Source: Candidatus Poribacteria bacterium (GTDB lineage Bacteria; Poribacteria; WGA-4E; WGA-3G). Taken from it: a stretch of DNA of 64,000 bases. The position numbers and the translations under genes were made by a program. A model generated the notes under the pieces. It did no database searches. It was not told where the DNA came from and worked only from the letters and a program-made list of their open reading frames with translations. Below are positions 1 to 10,890 of the stretch, one piece after another (within the stretch, counting starts at the first letter, position 1; each line of letters begins with the position of its first letter). The stretch is from the NCBI GenBank assembly GCA_965242965.1, contig OZ251518.1, positions 3,360,001-3,424,000 of the forward strand, given 5' to 3'.

Positions 1-2871
1 ATAGTCGAATACCGCCGGCGGGATATCCACTACCGTCAAAGAATCATTGTAACGGAGTTGCGTTTTATCTTTGGATAATTCCATCTTCTCGACGCGCCAA
101 TTGAGAGGCGGGGTCTCAATGAGGTTAGGCATCACGTCAAGGGTTTCATAATTGACGTGCAAGTCTGCCAAAGCGCGCCCGATGTTCACAAATCCCCAGA
201 AATCCAGGGTGAAGGGGAGATGCGGCAAGTCGTGCTTGAGGTTGACCTGATATGTCTCGCGGTATTCGGGATGATGCAAAATCGCGTAATTGTAGTGGAA
301 AATGTCCCACTTGGAGATTGTATCGTCGGCGTAATGCGCGCGGAAATGGGACAATGCCCAGTCGGTGATGTTTTCTCGACGGTTTGTGCCATCCTCATCG
401 TAGGTGTAGAAGGGGAAGCACTGCGTTTTTTCGAGAAAATCAATGCACGGAATCTTGTCTGTCATGAGTGCCTGAAACGGTTTGTTGCTGGCAGTGCCGC
501 TGACGCAAATGACGCGATTTTCCTTTTCTGATGCAACCGTGGGAAAGATGGCGGGCATCCCGGCAACCCTTTGGTTCATCAACCTGTCAAAATAGAGATG
601 CATTTTGGTGAATGGACGATACAGGGAAATGCGGCGTTTTTCGGGCGAAAACTCAACCCGCGTTCCCTTTTCCAGTGCCGCTTTCAGCCGGTCTGTCCAC
701 TTAATGTTCCGGCGTTCTTGACTCACAAAATCGTTGACAGCGAGCTGCCTGTCGGTGCGCCGTTCCCAACGAGATGTCTCAGCGTTGTAGAACTCAATCA
801 TCCGCGCCATGTTCGCTGCCAATGTTTCCTGATGGAAATGGTATGCCCATGCATCGCGGTTCGTTGAAACACCGAGGCTGAAAGTTTTGAAAATCGTGCC
901 TCCTACGTCGCCTTTCGTCGCTTTCGCTGACTGGGTGCCCATCGGCAGAAACGTCTCAAAATCAGAACGGAGCCCTTCGGTGAGCCACATCTGGCGCGCG
1001 TTCGGCTGAATCTCGCGCCACTTGACATTGCCGACGTGAACCGTCTCTTCCAAAAATTGGAACGTGTCGGCTTTGGAGAGCTCCGCGGTTTCCTCGTGAT
1101 AGCGGATACGCGCGCTCCCCTCGCGCGGCTGCCCCGTTTTCACGAGGAAACTAATGCTCACCCCGACAGTAATTCCGAAAACGTTGGAATTGCCCGGTTG
1201 TCCCTTGCGGATGTTGCCCCCGAGGTCTAGCACGTAAAGCCAGTCAAATTCCTCAGCGAGACACTGCCGCACGCCATCGAACATCTCGCTGTGGATAAAA
1301 CTATTGTTGGTGATGAGGGCGATGATGCCTTCTTTGCGGATTTTATCCGATGCCCAGCGGAGGGATTTCACATAAGGATCGTAGAGTTTGTTCTTGAGCC
1401 GCGCCGTGGAGGCGGCGACGTAAGTGGCGCGGACGCGGTTATCCACTGCCTCGTGTTGCCGATTCTGATTGTTATCGTTCTCGTTCTGCTGTCCGGCGTT
1501 GTAGGGCGGATTCCCGATGACAACGAACATCGGTGTCTCCTTCTGCTCTCGAACGCGCATCGTGTTTTCCGGTGTGAAATAGGCGAATTCGCCGGTCTGG
1601 TTCGGCGCGTCCATCAGCCCGAAAGTATCAAACGTATCCACGAAGCAGATGTGCTTGAACGGCTCGTATCTCCCCATCTTCTCGTAATAGGCGTGCTCAA
1701 TGTTCATCGTCGCGATGTAGTAAGGCAAAAGCATCACCTCGTTGCAATGCAACTCGCCTTTATATTTCTTGTCGAGCGCGATGCCGGGGATATCCTGCAT
1801 CAAGCGCACGATGAAGTTGCCGGTGCCGACGAAGGGGTCGATGATATGCACTCCTGTATCGGCCAGCGATTTGCCGAAGTGGGTTTTCAGGAGGTGTTGG
1901 ACGCTATTCACCATGAAATCAACGATGGGCTGCGGCGTGTAGACGACCCCATGTCTATCGGCATCCTTGACAGAAAAATCTTGGAAGAAGCGTTGATAGA
2001 GCGTGTTGAGAAAATCTTGCTTCTGGGAATAATCTGTCAGCGTCCGCGCCGTGTTTTCCACCGCTTCGTAGAAGGGTTTGAGTTCGCTGAAAAATTGTGA
2101 GCGGTTGAGTGCCTCCCGGGTCAGCACATCAATCACTTTCTCAATCTCGCGTGCGATGACGTTTCGTCGCGTGAAATCGAGGTTATCAAAGACAGTGCGG
2201 AAGATGTGTTCTGTCATGAGATGCTGCGTGAGCATGCGTTCGACTTCGGCCGCGGGGAGATTCGGGTTAATTGCCTCTTGGCACTGCTGATGGAAATGCG
2301 CGAACGCGTCTCGGAATTCGGGGGTATTCTGGCGTTCGGTTTGGATGAGCGTCTCCAATTTCGCGCCGAGTTCGGGGATGGTATCTTGGAAGGTATTGAC
2401 AGCATCATCCCACTCGGCGAGATTCTCCTCTGTGTAGGTGAAGAAGGTTTCAAGCAACTGGATGAGATCGCGCGGCTCGGTGATGTCCACATCCAAGGCA
2501 AGTGCGCCGTTTTGGTAGAGGATGGCGCGGTGCGGGGTTTGGAAGATGATGTTTTTGGCGGGGTAGCCGATGGCGAATTTCTGCTGTGCTTCAGCGGGTA
2601 GATCATCAAGGAGGTCTTTCGCCTCCCAATGGCCGAAGATGAGTCCGAAGTCGGTGACGATTTCGCCATCAATGCGGATGTGGTTGCCGTTGGGGGTGGT
2701 GCGCGTCTTTTCGCATATCAGCGTGAGGTTGCGCAGGCCGCAGTAGTATTGCAAGAGCGTTTGGAAGGCGACGCGAACGGCACCTTCATGTTGCGCGCCG
2801 AGTTTCGCATAGCGTCCGAGCTCAGCGTAATAGTTTTTTATGGGTTTGTGTGTCGGTTTGATGTTGAGCAT
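1..2871 (-). CDS. Type ISP/IIG-like restriction-modification enzyme (N6-adenine MTase + C-terminal specificity region); 3' end runs off the window
   Basis: Absent from the ORF track because its stop lies outside the window. Read manually from ATG 2871 with GGAGG RBS: MLNIKPTHKPIKNYYAEL...RIDGEIV..GHWEAKD (PD-(D/E)xK-like), LDPFVGTGNF (motif I), VIIGNPPYN (motif IV), LYDPYVKSLRWASD, ITNNSF, LDLGGNIRK. The long + strand ORFs here are in-register antisense shadows. Confidence 0.85.
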   Translation of the reverse strand, partial: MLNIKPTHKPIKNYYAELGRYAKLGAQHEGAVRVAFQTLLQYYCGLRNLTLICEKTRTTPNGNHIRIDGEIVTDFGLIFGHWEAKDLLDDLPAEAQQKFAIGYPAKNIIFQTPHRAILYQNGALALDVDITEPRDLIQLLETFFTYTEENLAEWDDAVNTFQDTIPELGAKLETLIQTERQNTPEFRDAFAHFHQQCQEAINPNLPAAEVERMLTQHLMTEHIFRTVFDNLDFTRRNVIAREIEKVIDVLTREALNRSQFFSELKPFYEAVENTARTLTDYSQKQDFLNTLYQRFFQDFSVKDADRHGVVYTPQPIVDFMVNSVQHLLKTHFGKSLADTGVHIIDPFVGTGNFIVRLMQDIPGIALDKKYKGELHCNEVMLLPYYIATMNIEHAYYEKMGRYEPFKHICFVDTFDTFGLMDAPNQTGEFAYFTPENTMRVREQKETPMFVVIGNPPYNAGQQNENDNNQNRQHEAVDNRVRATYVAASTARLKNKLYDPYVKSLRWASDKIRKEGIIALITNNSFIHSEMFDGVRQCLAEEFDWLYVLDLGGNIRKGQPGNSNVFGITVGVSISFLVKTGQPREGSARIRYHEETAELSKADTFQFLEETVHVGNVKWREIQPNARQMWLTEGLRSDFETFLPMGTQSAKATKGDVGGTIFKTFSLGVSTNRDAWAYHFHQETLAANMARMIEFYNAETSRWERRTDRQLAVNDFVSQERRNIKWTDRLKAALEKGTRVEFSPEKRRISLYRPFTKMHLYFDRLMNQRVAGMPAIFPTVASEKENRVICVSGTASNKPFQALMTDKIPCIDFLEKTQCFPFYTYDEDGTNRRENITDWALSHFRAHYADDTISKWDIFHYNYAILHHPEYRETYQVNLKHDLPHLPFTLDFWGFVNIGRALADLHVNYETLDVMPNLIETPPLNWRVEKMELSKDKTQLRYNDSLTVVDIPPAVFDY

Positions 2872-2949
2872 TGTTGTCCTCCGTGTTTTGATTGGGTTAT
2901 GAGAATTTTAACGTAAGTCAAAATAAATTGCAAGGGATTAAAAAACGGG

Positions 2950-3532
2950 GCATGAAACGATCGCGGGGGACAGGCCCCCGCGCTACGGTATCCGGAACGC
3001 TCTCTCTTACCGTAGGGCGAGGGCCTGTCCCTCGCCATGCTGCGGTCTATCAAACGATCGCGGGGGACAGGCCCCCGCGCTACGGTAGATGAGGCGGCCT
3101 CGCGTTTGATCCGTTCGGGAGCAGGCGCTCCCGAACTACAGTCTCTGGGGCACGCGAACGATCGCGGGGGACAGGCCCCCGCGCTACGGTAGATGAGGCG
3201 GCCTCGCGTTTGATCCGTTCGGGATCAGGCGCTCCCGAACTACGGTCACTAGGGCACGCCGACGATCGCGGGGGACAGGCCCCCGCGCTACGGTAACCGG
3301 AACGGCTCGTTTTACCGTAGGGCGAGGGCCTGTCCCTCGCCATGCTGCGATCGCGGAGGAAACCCGCGCGGATGCGCGGATGCATCCGAGGCCCCCGCGC
3401 GACGGGGCATGAAACGATCGCGGGGGACAGGCCCCCGCGCTACGGTAACCGGAACGGTTTCTCTTACCGAGCGGCAGCAATCGAGACCGGGAGGGCTCTC
3501 CTACCCGAAAGCATCGAGTTATGAAACACCCC
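2950..3532. repeat. Array of GTAG-type REP palindromes (several families)
   Basis: Repeated CGCGGGGGACAGGCCCCCGCGCTAC, GTAGGGCGAGGGCCTGTCCCTCGCC and GTTCGGGA..GGCGCTCCCGAACTAC units; ends in TTATGAAACACCCC. Confidence 0.9.
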
Positions 3533-3558
3533 GAAATCAATTAAATTTCCCTCACCTT

Positions 3559-4323
3559 TTACGAAAGCCCCATCGCCTGCATGTTCCGCAAACTGATACC
3601 GAGACTCTCAAACGGGTCGCGTTCGTAGCAAGAATCTTGCTCGACGATATACCATTCCACGCCGGCATAGGCACACGCATCCAAAATCGCGGGCCAATTC
3701 AGATTGCCCTCGCCGACTTCAGCAAAGCGTTGGGTAGAACCCTGCATCGCCATGTCCTTGAAATGGATGATAGCGGCGCGGCCTTTGAGTCTCCGGATCC
3801 ACTCGCCCGGGTCGCCGCCGCCGTGCTGGATCCAGTAGGTATCAAGCTCGCTGTGGAAATAGTTCGCATCGCTTTCTTCGTAGAGGATGGCTAATCCGGT
3901 GCGTCCGTTAAAGCGTTCTAACTCAAAACTGTGGTTGTGATAGGAAAAGGTGATGCCGCCTTCGGCGAGGCGCGCGGCGACTTCGGATGCCTCTTTCGCA
4001 AACGTGGCAAACCCCTCGGCGTTGCGATATTCGCCGGGGATACCGCCGATAGCGGCGTGTTTGCATCCCCATAATTGATGCTCGTCAATGACGGCTTGCG
4101 GTTCATCGCGCATGCGCGTATAGTCGGTGTGCGTGGCACAAATGGTGATGCCTTCACCGTCAACGATATTCTTGAGTGCCACCGGTGAAATCGGGCCGAG
4201 TGCAGAGCATTGCACCGCTTCATAGCCGAGCTGCCGCACCTTTTTTAGCGACTCGGCGATGCCAGCCTCGGTTTTGGTGAAGTCCCGAACGGTATAGAGT
4301 TGGGCTGCGATTTGTGTTGTCAT
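3559..4323 (-). CDS. Sugar phosphate isomerase/epimerase (xylose-isomerase-like TIM barrel)
   Basis: AQLYTVRD, YHNHSFE, ELDTYW, HFKD, YIVEQD motifs; start MTTQIAAQ. Confidence 0.9.
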   Translation of the reverse strand: MTTQIAAQLYTVRDFTKTEAGIAESLKKVRQLGYEAVQCSALGPISPVALKNIVDGEGITICATHTDYTRMRDEPQAVIDEHQLWGCKHAAIGGIPGEYRNAEGFATFAKEASEVAARLAEGGITFSYHNHSFELERFNGRTGLAILYEESDANYFHSELDTYWIQHGGGDPGEWIRRLKGRAAIIHFKDMAMQGSTQRFAEVGEGNLNWPAILDACAYAGVEWYIVEQDSCYERDPFESLGISLRNMQAMGLS

Positions 4324-4358
4324 GAATTCTGTCCTTGTGAAATATAGGCTTTGCAAAT

Positions 4359-4387
4359 AATTTACCTAAAAATCCAAAAAATGTCAA
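4359..4387 (-). promoter_or_regulatory. Sigma70-like promoter
   Basis: TTGACA-17 bp-TAAATT on the minus strand upstream of the isomerase gene. Confidence 0.6.
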
Positions 4388-4429
4388 GAAAAATAGTAAA
4401 CGGGTTATTTTGCAAACCACCGCGCCGCC

Positions 4430-4865
4430 ATCACGTAGGGCGAGGGCCCGCGCAGGTTTCCACACGCGCAGGCGAGCGGGGTTCCCTCGCCGTGCGTTTT
4501 GGTGTCAGACCGCATCACCCCTGTAGGTCAGGATCGCCTGATCCTGACCCGTTCGGGATCTGGCGATCCCGAACTACAGAGGTGGGCCCAATGCCTGCGG
4601 GTATTCGCCCGCCCACCAAGGCGGGATAAATACCGAAACGGCGTTATGAAACACCCTCATTAAAACGGGTTATTTTGCAAACCACCGCCCCCTCACGTAG
4701 GGCGAGGGCCTGTCCCTCGCTATGCTGCAAGCACAGAGAGATCACAGGGGACAGGCCCCCGCGCTACGGTACTCCCTGTCCCTCGCCATCCTGCGAGCAC
4801 AGAGAGATCACGGGGGACAGGCCCCCGCGCTACGGTACTGCCTGTCCCTCGCCATCCTGCGAGCA
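4430..4865. repeat. REP array with internal tandem duplication
   Basis: GTAGGGCGAGGG.., GTAGGTCAGGATCGCCTGATCCTGAC and TTATGAAACACCCTC (4644-4658); ~66-bp duplicated unit at 4727-4860. Confidence 0.85.
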
Positions 4866-4952
4866 CAAAAGACAACTCCCCAGGCCACATTCCAAGGATA
4901 GATAAAAAATTTGACTTGCAGAGAAAACACATTTTTGGTAAACTAATCTATT

Positions 4953-5306
4953 ATGAACAGTTTTTTCTTTGGCGGCAACAGCCGTGGACGCTTCCGCTTG
5001 TTCCGCATCTTACTGCATTTCCCGAATTTTATCCGGCTGGCATGGCGGCTGTTCAGCGACGAACGCGTGCCTATCCACCGGAAGGCTATCCTCGTGTTGG
5101 CGGAACTCATCGCGGTGACTTTCGCGATTATCTATTTCGTGAATCCACTCGATTTCGATTTTCTCCCGGTCTTCGGCCACATCGATGATCTTCTCATCGG
5201 CGCGGTGGTTATTCTGGTGCCGGGAGCGTGGCTATTTATTCGGATGTGCCCGCCGCATGTCGTCCGCGAACACGTTGCTCGGCTATCGGGCCAGTCCTCC
5301 CGCTAA
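4953..5306 (+). CDS. DUF1232 (YkvA-like) membrane protein
   Basis: RLAWRLFSDERVP..K, YFVNPLDFDFLPVFGHIDDL signature. Confidence 0.85.
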   Translation: MNSFFFGGNSRGRFRLFRILLHFPNFIRLAWRLFSDERVPIHRKAILVLAELIAVTFAIIYFVNPLDFDFLPVFGHIDDLLIGAVVILVPGAWLFIRMCPPHVVREHVARLSGQSSR

Positions 5307-5460
5307 TTTTTTTTGACAACAGTATTGCATCGAGACCGGGAGGTCTCTCCTACCGGGGAAGCAAACCTAACGCATTGTGAAATACAGCATTTTTTTGGAA
5401 CTTTATGGGGAGATAGGTGTGTTTTTAAAGTGTAAATACCAAAATAATGGAGGCTATGTC

Positions 5461-7080
5461 ATGTTCAAATCCAGAACCACCCTACAAAAACGCGTAGGGA
5501 TGCTTTTACTTTTAGTCGGGTTTATCGCTGTTGCGGGGTTCGTCATCAACCGGGGTTCGGTGATGTTCGAGACGGGGAGCGCGGACACGTTCATCAACCA
5601 CGGCGGTGAGCACTTCCTGGTGCCGACGGCTATCGCGCAAACGAACGAACCGTTTCAGAATTCCGAAGACTTCCAAGCTCTGGCGAGCGCGAATCGGGCA
5701 TTTATCGCGCTCGTTGCGAAGACGCGCCCATCCGTTGTCAAAATCCAGACTGCGCGAGCGATTAACCTCCGCGCGCCAGACAGGGATGACAACTTTTTCC
5801 GGTTCTTTTTTGATAGTCCGATGCCGCGCGATGAAGAACGCCGTCAGTTTCAACGCGGGACCGGCTCCGGCGTGATTGTCAGTGATGATGGTTACATTCT
5901 CACGAATAATCATGTCATTGAAGGCGCAAACGAAATTACCGTTGTCCTCTCAAATGAACGGGAATACAAGGCGGAGCTAATCGGACGAGATCCGGCCGGC
6001 AGCGGTGCCGGCGGCAGTGATCTTGCCGTTCTCAAAATCAAGGCGGAGGGGCTTCCCGCACTTCCCTTCGGCGATTCCGATGCGCTTGACGTTGGCGAGT
6101 GGGTTATCGCCATTGGGACACCCTTGGAATTCTCGCAGACTGTCACGCGCGGGATTGTCAGCGCGAAAGACAGACCTGGGTTTACCCAGAGAGATTACGC
6201 GCAATTTATCCAAACCGATGCGCCGATTAATCGCGGCAACAGCGGCGGCGCGCTGATTAACATCCGTGGGGAACTGGTCGGCATTAATACCTTAATCGCT
6301 ACGGGCGGTTTCACTACCGGGAACATCGGCATTGGGTTTGCCATTCCGAGCAACATGGCACGCAGTATCATGCCGCAACTCATCGAAAACGGGAAGGTAG
6401 TGCGCGGCTGGCTCGGCATCAGCATGAGCCCGGTTGACTTCGATCTGGCAGAAAAACTCAACATGGAGAGTCCACACGGTGCCCAAGTCACGCAAGTTGG
6501 CAAAGGCAGTCCGGCGGAAAAAGGCGGCATCCGACGTGGCGACGTTATCGTTGAATTTAACGGCGTGAAAATCCGGAATTTCGGGCACCTGAAGCACGTT
6601 GTCGGCGCAGCAGGTGTCGGAAAATCGGTAGACGTAATAGTCCTCCGAGCCGGAAAAGAAAAACGGCTCACCATCAAATTAGGCAAGCGGACAGAGGCAG
6701 TCCTAGAGACACTTGAGGACTCGCGGGAAGTCGTTCCGGACATCGGAGAGCCACAAACCGATTTTGCGGGGCTGCGCGTGCAGGCACTGACACCGGCGTT
6801 TATTGAACGCTACGGCTATGCACAGGACGATACCGGTGTCATCGTCACGCACGTTGAGAAGGACAGCAATGCCGAGAAGAAGGGCATCACCCCCGGAACC
6901 CTCATCCAAGAGATGGAATACACACCGATTGACAATCTGGAGACGTATTCCGCCTTGGCCCGACGATTGGCAGAGAGTGAAGAAAAGCGCATCCTCCTCT
7001 ACGTCAAATTCCCAAATGGAGAGGGTGCCGGTTACGTTACCTTGAACCTTGCCCGAGTCGGAGAAAAGTTAGACCGGTAA
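5461..7080 (+). CDS. degP: DegP/DegQ (HtrA/Do) serine protease with two PDZ domains
   Basis: GSGVIV, TNNHVI, DLAVLK, QTDAPINRGNSGG, RGWLGI; N-terminal TM segment; GGAGG RBS before ATG 5461. Confidence 0.92.
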   Translation: MFKSRTTLQKRVGMLLLLVGFIAVAGFVINRGSVMFETGSADTFINHGGEHFLVPTAIAQTNEPFQNSEDFQALASANRAFIALVAKTRPSVVKIQTARAINLRAPDRDDNFFRFFFDSPMPRDEERRQFQRGTGSGVIVSDDGYILTNNHVIEGANEITVVLSNEREYKAELIGRDPAGSGAGGSDLAVLKIKAEGLPALPFGDSDALDVGEWVIAIGTPLEFSQTVTRGIVSAKDRPGFTQRDYAQFIQTDAPINRGNSGGALINIRGELVGINTLIATGGFTTGNIGIGFAIPSNMARSIMPQLIENGKVVRGWLGISMSPVDFDLAEKLNMESPHGAQVTQVGKGSPAEKGGIRRGDVIVEFNGVKIRNFGHLKHVVGAAGVGKSVDVIVLRAGKEKRLTIKLGKRTEAVLETLEDSREVVPDIGEPQTDFAGLRVQALTPAFIERYGYAQDDTGVIVTHVEKDSNAEKKGITPGTLIQEMEYTPIDNLETYSALARRLAESEEKRILLYVKFPNGEGAGYVTLNLARVGEKLDR

Positions 7081-7275
7081 TTTCAGAGGTAGGGCTCACA
7101 GGAAAATCGAAAGATAAACGGGGCATTTCGGTAGGAGGGACAGCCTTGGCCCGAGCCCTTGCATGGCGAGACCGGGAGGTCTCTCCTACCGGGAAATCTT
7201 CCGTAACAAAAACCGAGATATCGACAACGTCAAGATCGGAACTACGGAGCGAACGCCTTGCGAAACGAGGAAAAT

Positions 7276-8286
7276 ATGAGTGGGAAACGAGTTGTTTGGC
7301 CAGAACGCGCCAAAGTTGAGATTGAAGATTTTGAAATCCCGGCCATCGGCGATGAGGAGGTGCTTGTGGAAACCGAATGCAGCCTCATCAGCCCTGGGAC
7401 AGAACGCGCCTTTTTATTGGGCTTGCCCAACGCGGTAGGCAGTTATCCGTCGCGTCCCGGCTACAGCAATATCGGAAAAGTTATCGCCATTGGGAAAGCT
7501 GTCACGGGATGGGAGGTAGGCGAACGTGTTGCCTCCACACGCGGACACACCAGCCACTTCTCCACTGAACCGCATCGGTTGCTAAAGTTGGAATCGCCTG
7601 ATGCCCACACCTCTCCCGCGCTCGCTGAGGAAGCCGTCTTTTTCAACCTCGGCGCGATTGCTTTGCAAGGCGTGCGGAAGGCATGCATCGAATTAGGTGA
7701 AGCGACGTTGGTGCTTGGACAAGGGCTCATCGGTTTGCTCGCGCTGCAACTCGCCAGACTGAGCGGGGCAGTGCCAGCTATCGCGGCAGATTTGACAGAT
7801 AGCCGCCTTGAGGTAGCCAAAAGCATCGGCGCAGACTGCACTCTCAACCCCGAAAATGCCGACTTCGCCGAACAATTGGCAGAAGCGACAGGTGGGAAAG
7901 GCCCAGCGGTTGTCATCGAAGCGACGGGACATCCCGATGCAATCAGCACTGCGTTAGACGTAGCCGGATGGGGCGCGCGCGTCGTCATCCTCGCAAGCAC
8001 GCGCGGTGAAACACCTAAGGTTAACTTCTACCGGGATGTGCATAAAAAGGGACTTATCCTCTACGGCGCGCATAATTCCATCCGTCCTCGCCACGAATCC
8101 TCATCGCATTTCTGGACGCTGGAAGATGACAGCAGATTAATGCTCAAACTCATTGCACAGAAACGGTTCACCGTTGCGCCGCTCATCACGCATCGCATAC
8201 GCGGCGAGGAGGCACCGAAGGCGTATCAACTGCTGATGGCATGGAACCCCGGATTGCTCGGTGTAGTTCTTCAATGGAACACATAG
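7276..8286 (+). CDS. Zinc-binding (MDR) alcohol dehydrogenase-like oxidoreductase
   Basis: SLISPGTE, PGYSNIG, GQGLIG Rossmann motif, VIEATG. Confidence 0.88.
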   Translation: MSGKRVVWPERAKVEIEDFEIPAIGDEEVLVETECSLISPGTERAFLLGLPNAVGSYPSRPGYSNIGKVIAIGKAVTGWEVGERVASTRGHTSHFSTEPHRLLKLESPDAHTSPALAEEAVFFNLGAIALQGVRKACIELGEATLVLGQGLIGLLALQLARLSGAVPAIAADLTDSRLEVAKSIGADCTLNPENADFAEQLAEATGGKGPAVVIEATGHPDAISTALDVAGWGARVVILASTRGETPKVNFYRDVHKKGLILYGAHNSIRPRHESSSHFWTLEDDSRLMLKLIAQKRFTVAPLITHRIRGEEAPKAYQLLMAWNPGLLGVVLQWNT

Positions 8287-8288
8287 TT

Positions 8289-8667
8289 GAGGGTGTTTCA
8301 TATTTCGCTCAACGTCGCGGGGGACAGGCCCCCGCGCTACGGTAACAGGAGGGGGTCTTAGTCGAAGAACATCCCCTTTCCCCGTAGGGCGAGGGCCTGT
8401 CCCTCGCCATGCTGCGGACTACCAAACGATGCGGGGGACAGGCCCCCGCGCTACGGTAACAGGAGGGGGTCTTAGTCGAAAAATGCCCCCCCCTTCACGT
8501 AGGGCGAGGGCCTGTCCCTCGCCATGCTGCGGATTACCAAACGATCGCGGGGGACAGGCCCCCGCGCTACGGTACTGTGACATTTTCTTGCCAGGTCTTT
8601 CCTCCGGTGTCGCATCGAGACCCGAGGTCTCTCCTACAGGGAAGCCATCGAGATATGAAACACCCTC
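8289..8667. mobile_element. MITE-like cassette: 14-bp terminal inverted repeats enclosing REP array
   Basis: GAGGGTGTTTCATA (8289-8302) ... TATGAAACACCCTC (8654-8667) enclosing about six REPs. Confidence 0.65.
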
Positions 8668-8727
8668 ACATAACTATCTCCAGGAACCTAGTCATGGAGA
8701 ACGTCAACCACAGATATACAGAGAGAG

Positions 8728-10890
8728 ATGTTCATGCACAGAAACGCTGAACGAACACATCGCGAAATACGAAATATTGGGATTGCGGCGCATATCGATG
8801 CAGGTAAGACGACGACAACCGAACGGATTCTCTTCTATACCGGCAAAAAGCATAAAATCGGCGCGGTTGATGACGGCACCGCCGAAATGGATTGGATGGT
8901 GCAAGAACGCGAGCGCGGCGTGACAATCACCGCCGCCGCAACAACCTGCTTCTGGAAGGACTGCGCCATTCACCTCATTGATACACCCGGGCACGTCGAT
9001 TTTACGGTGGAGGTTGAACGTTCGCTGCGCGTGCTAGACGGTGCCATCGCGCTCTTCTGTGCTGTCGGCGGCGTGGAACCGCAGTCCGAGACAGTCTGGC
9101 ATCAGGCGGAACGCTACGGGGTACCGCGCATTGCCTTCGTCAATAAGATGGACAGAGTCGGCGCGAATTTTACGCGCACCATTGAGATGATGAAGGAACG
9201 CCTCGATGCAAATCCGCTGCCGCTTCAGCTGCCTATCGGTGAGGGCAACGAATTTACCGGTATCATTGAACTCCTCACACAGCGGGCACTTTATTGGAAC
9301 GCGTCAGATTTAGGGCAAACCTATCGTGAATCCGACATCCCCGCTGAATTTCATGCCGAAGTCAGTCTGGCAAGGGAAACCCTCTTTGAAACCGTCGCCG
9401 CTGAAGATGACGCGCTCCTCGAAAAATACTTAGCCGACGAAGAATTAACGCCTGCCGAATTGCTCCCTGTCATCCGCGAAGCGACGCTGAAGGGAACGTT
9501 AGTGCCGGTGCTGTGCGGCAGCTCTTTGAAGAACATCGGCGTTCAACCCTTGCTGGATGCAGTCGTCAATTTTCTGCCATCGCCTGTCGACGTGCCTCCC
9601 ATTCAAGGGATAATACCTGATAACCTATCGAAAAAAAATAGTCCACAAAACGTAGGCATCAACAACGTCAATGACAGTCCCGATAAGCCAACCTTCACCT
9701 CACCGGAGATGCACGCCGAACGCATTGCGAACGACGAAGAACCTTTTTCGGCACTCGCCTTTAAAGTCGCCAGTCATCCCACCGTCGATAAATTGGTATA
9801 TTGCCGCGTCTATTCCGGCACGCTCAAACGCGGCGATGTCGTCTTGAACGTCGGCACCGGAAAACGGGAACGGGTGAATCGCATTCTTCAGATGCACGCG
9901 AATAAAGAGGCGGTATGCGATGCCGCCTATGCCGGTGACATCGTCGCCCTGGTCGGACTGAAACAGACAAAAACGGGGGATACGTTGACGGCACCGGGGC
10001 ATCCTATCTTGCTCGCGCCCATCGATTTTCCACCCCCTGTCATCTCCATTGCGATTGAACCGGAACGCGCTAGCGATACAGACGCGTTGGAGGCAACTCT
10101 CCAAAAATTGATGGACGAAGATCCGACGTTTACCGTCAGTATGGATAAGGAAACAGGACAGCGCATCATTTCAGGGATGGGAGAACTCCACTTAGAGGTG
10201 CTTACAGATAGAATGATTCGCGAATTTGGCGTGAACGCACGGGTGAGCAAGTTGCAAGTGGCGTATCGTGAAACCATCGGCACTTCGGCGGCGGCGCGCG
10301 GCACACATATCCATAAGACAGACGAGGAGGGCATCTATGGCGATGTCACCCTCACCGTTGAACCACTCGCTCGCGGCGAAGGATTTCAGTTTGCGGATAG
10401 CACCGACGAAACACAGATTCCGCGTCCCTACATTCCATCTATCCAGAACGCGCTGCATCGCGCGCTGGGGACAGGCGCGCTCATCGGTGCCCCGTTGCAG
10501 GATGTCAAGGTGACGCTCACCGGCGGTTCCACGCACCCGACAGATGCATCGGAGACAGGGTATGGAGCCGCCGCTGTCCTCGCCTTTGAAAACGCGGTGA
10601 GAAAGGCGGAACCGCTGCTCCTTGAACCGATGATGCAGATACACGTCACCGTGCCGGATGAGCACGTTGGAAAGGTTATCGGCGATTTGAATGCGCGCCG
10701 CGCGCAAATTCATGAAAGCGGCAGCCCGCGCGAGCATATCTCCTCTATCAACGCGCTCATTCCGTTGGCAGAAACGTTCCAGTATACAACGTCGCTGCGT
10801 TCAATGACGCAGGGCCGCGGCACGTTTACGTTGGAGTTCTCGCATTACGATGTCGTGCCAAAATCTTTGATGCCGGGGCATCGCGTTTAA
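8728..10890 (+). CDS. fusA: Elongation factor G (stand-alone, divergent paralogue)
   Basis: [47 protein letters not shown]; not flanked by rpsG or tuf. Confidence 0.92.
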   Translation: MFMHRNAERTHREIRNIGIAAHIDAGKTTTTERILFYTGKKHKIGAVDDGTAEMDWMVQERERGVTITAAATTCFWKDCAIHLIDTPGHVDFTVEVERSLRVLDGAIALFCAVGGVEPQSETVWHQAERYGVPRIAFVNKMDRVGANFTRTIEMMKERLDANPLPLQLPIGEGNEFTGIIELLTQRALYWNASDLGQTYRESDIPAEFHAEVSLARETLFETVAAEDDALLEKYLADEELTPAELLPVIREATLKGTLVPVLCGSSLKNIGVQPLLDAVVNFLPSPVDVPPIQGIIPDNLSKKNSPQNVGINNVNDSPDKPTFTSPEMHAERIANDEEPFSALAFKVASHPTVDKLVYCRVYSGTLKRGDVVLNVGTGKRERVNRILQMHANKEAVCDAAYAGDIVALVGLKQTKTGDTLTAPGHPILLAPIDFPPPVISIAIEPERASDTDALEATLQKLMDEDPTFTVSMDKETGQRIISGMGELHLEVLTDRMIREFGVNARVSKLQVAYRETIGTSAAARGTHIHKTDEEGIYGDVTLTVEPLARGEGFQFADSTDETQIPRPYIPSIQNALHRALGTGALIGAPLQDVKVTLTGGSTHPTDASETGYGAAAVLAFENAVRKAEPLLLEPMMQIHVTVPDEHVGKVIGDLNARRAQIHESGSPREHISSINALIPLAETFQYTTSLRSMTQGRGTFTLEFSHYDVVPKSLMPGHRV

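Noticed and set aside
157-2916. Plus-strand ORFs (e.g. 1291..2100)
   Set aside because: In-register antisense shadows of the minus-strand RM gene
2838-3540. Short ORFs with RGTGPRAT/GDRPPRYG/ARGPVPR peptides (also near 8429, 29600, 44876, 46453)
   Set aside because: Translations of REP arrays
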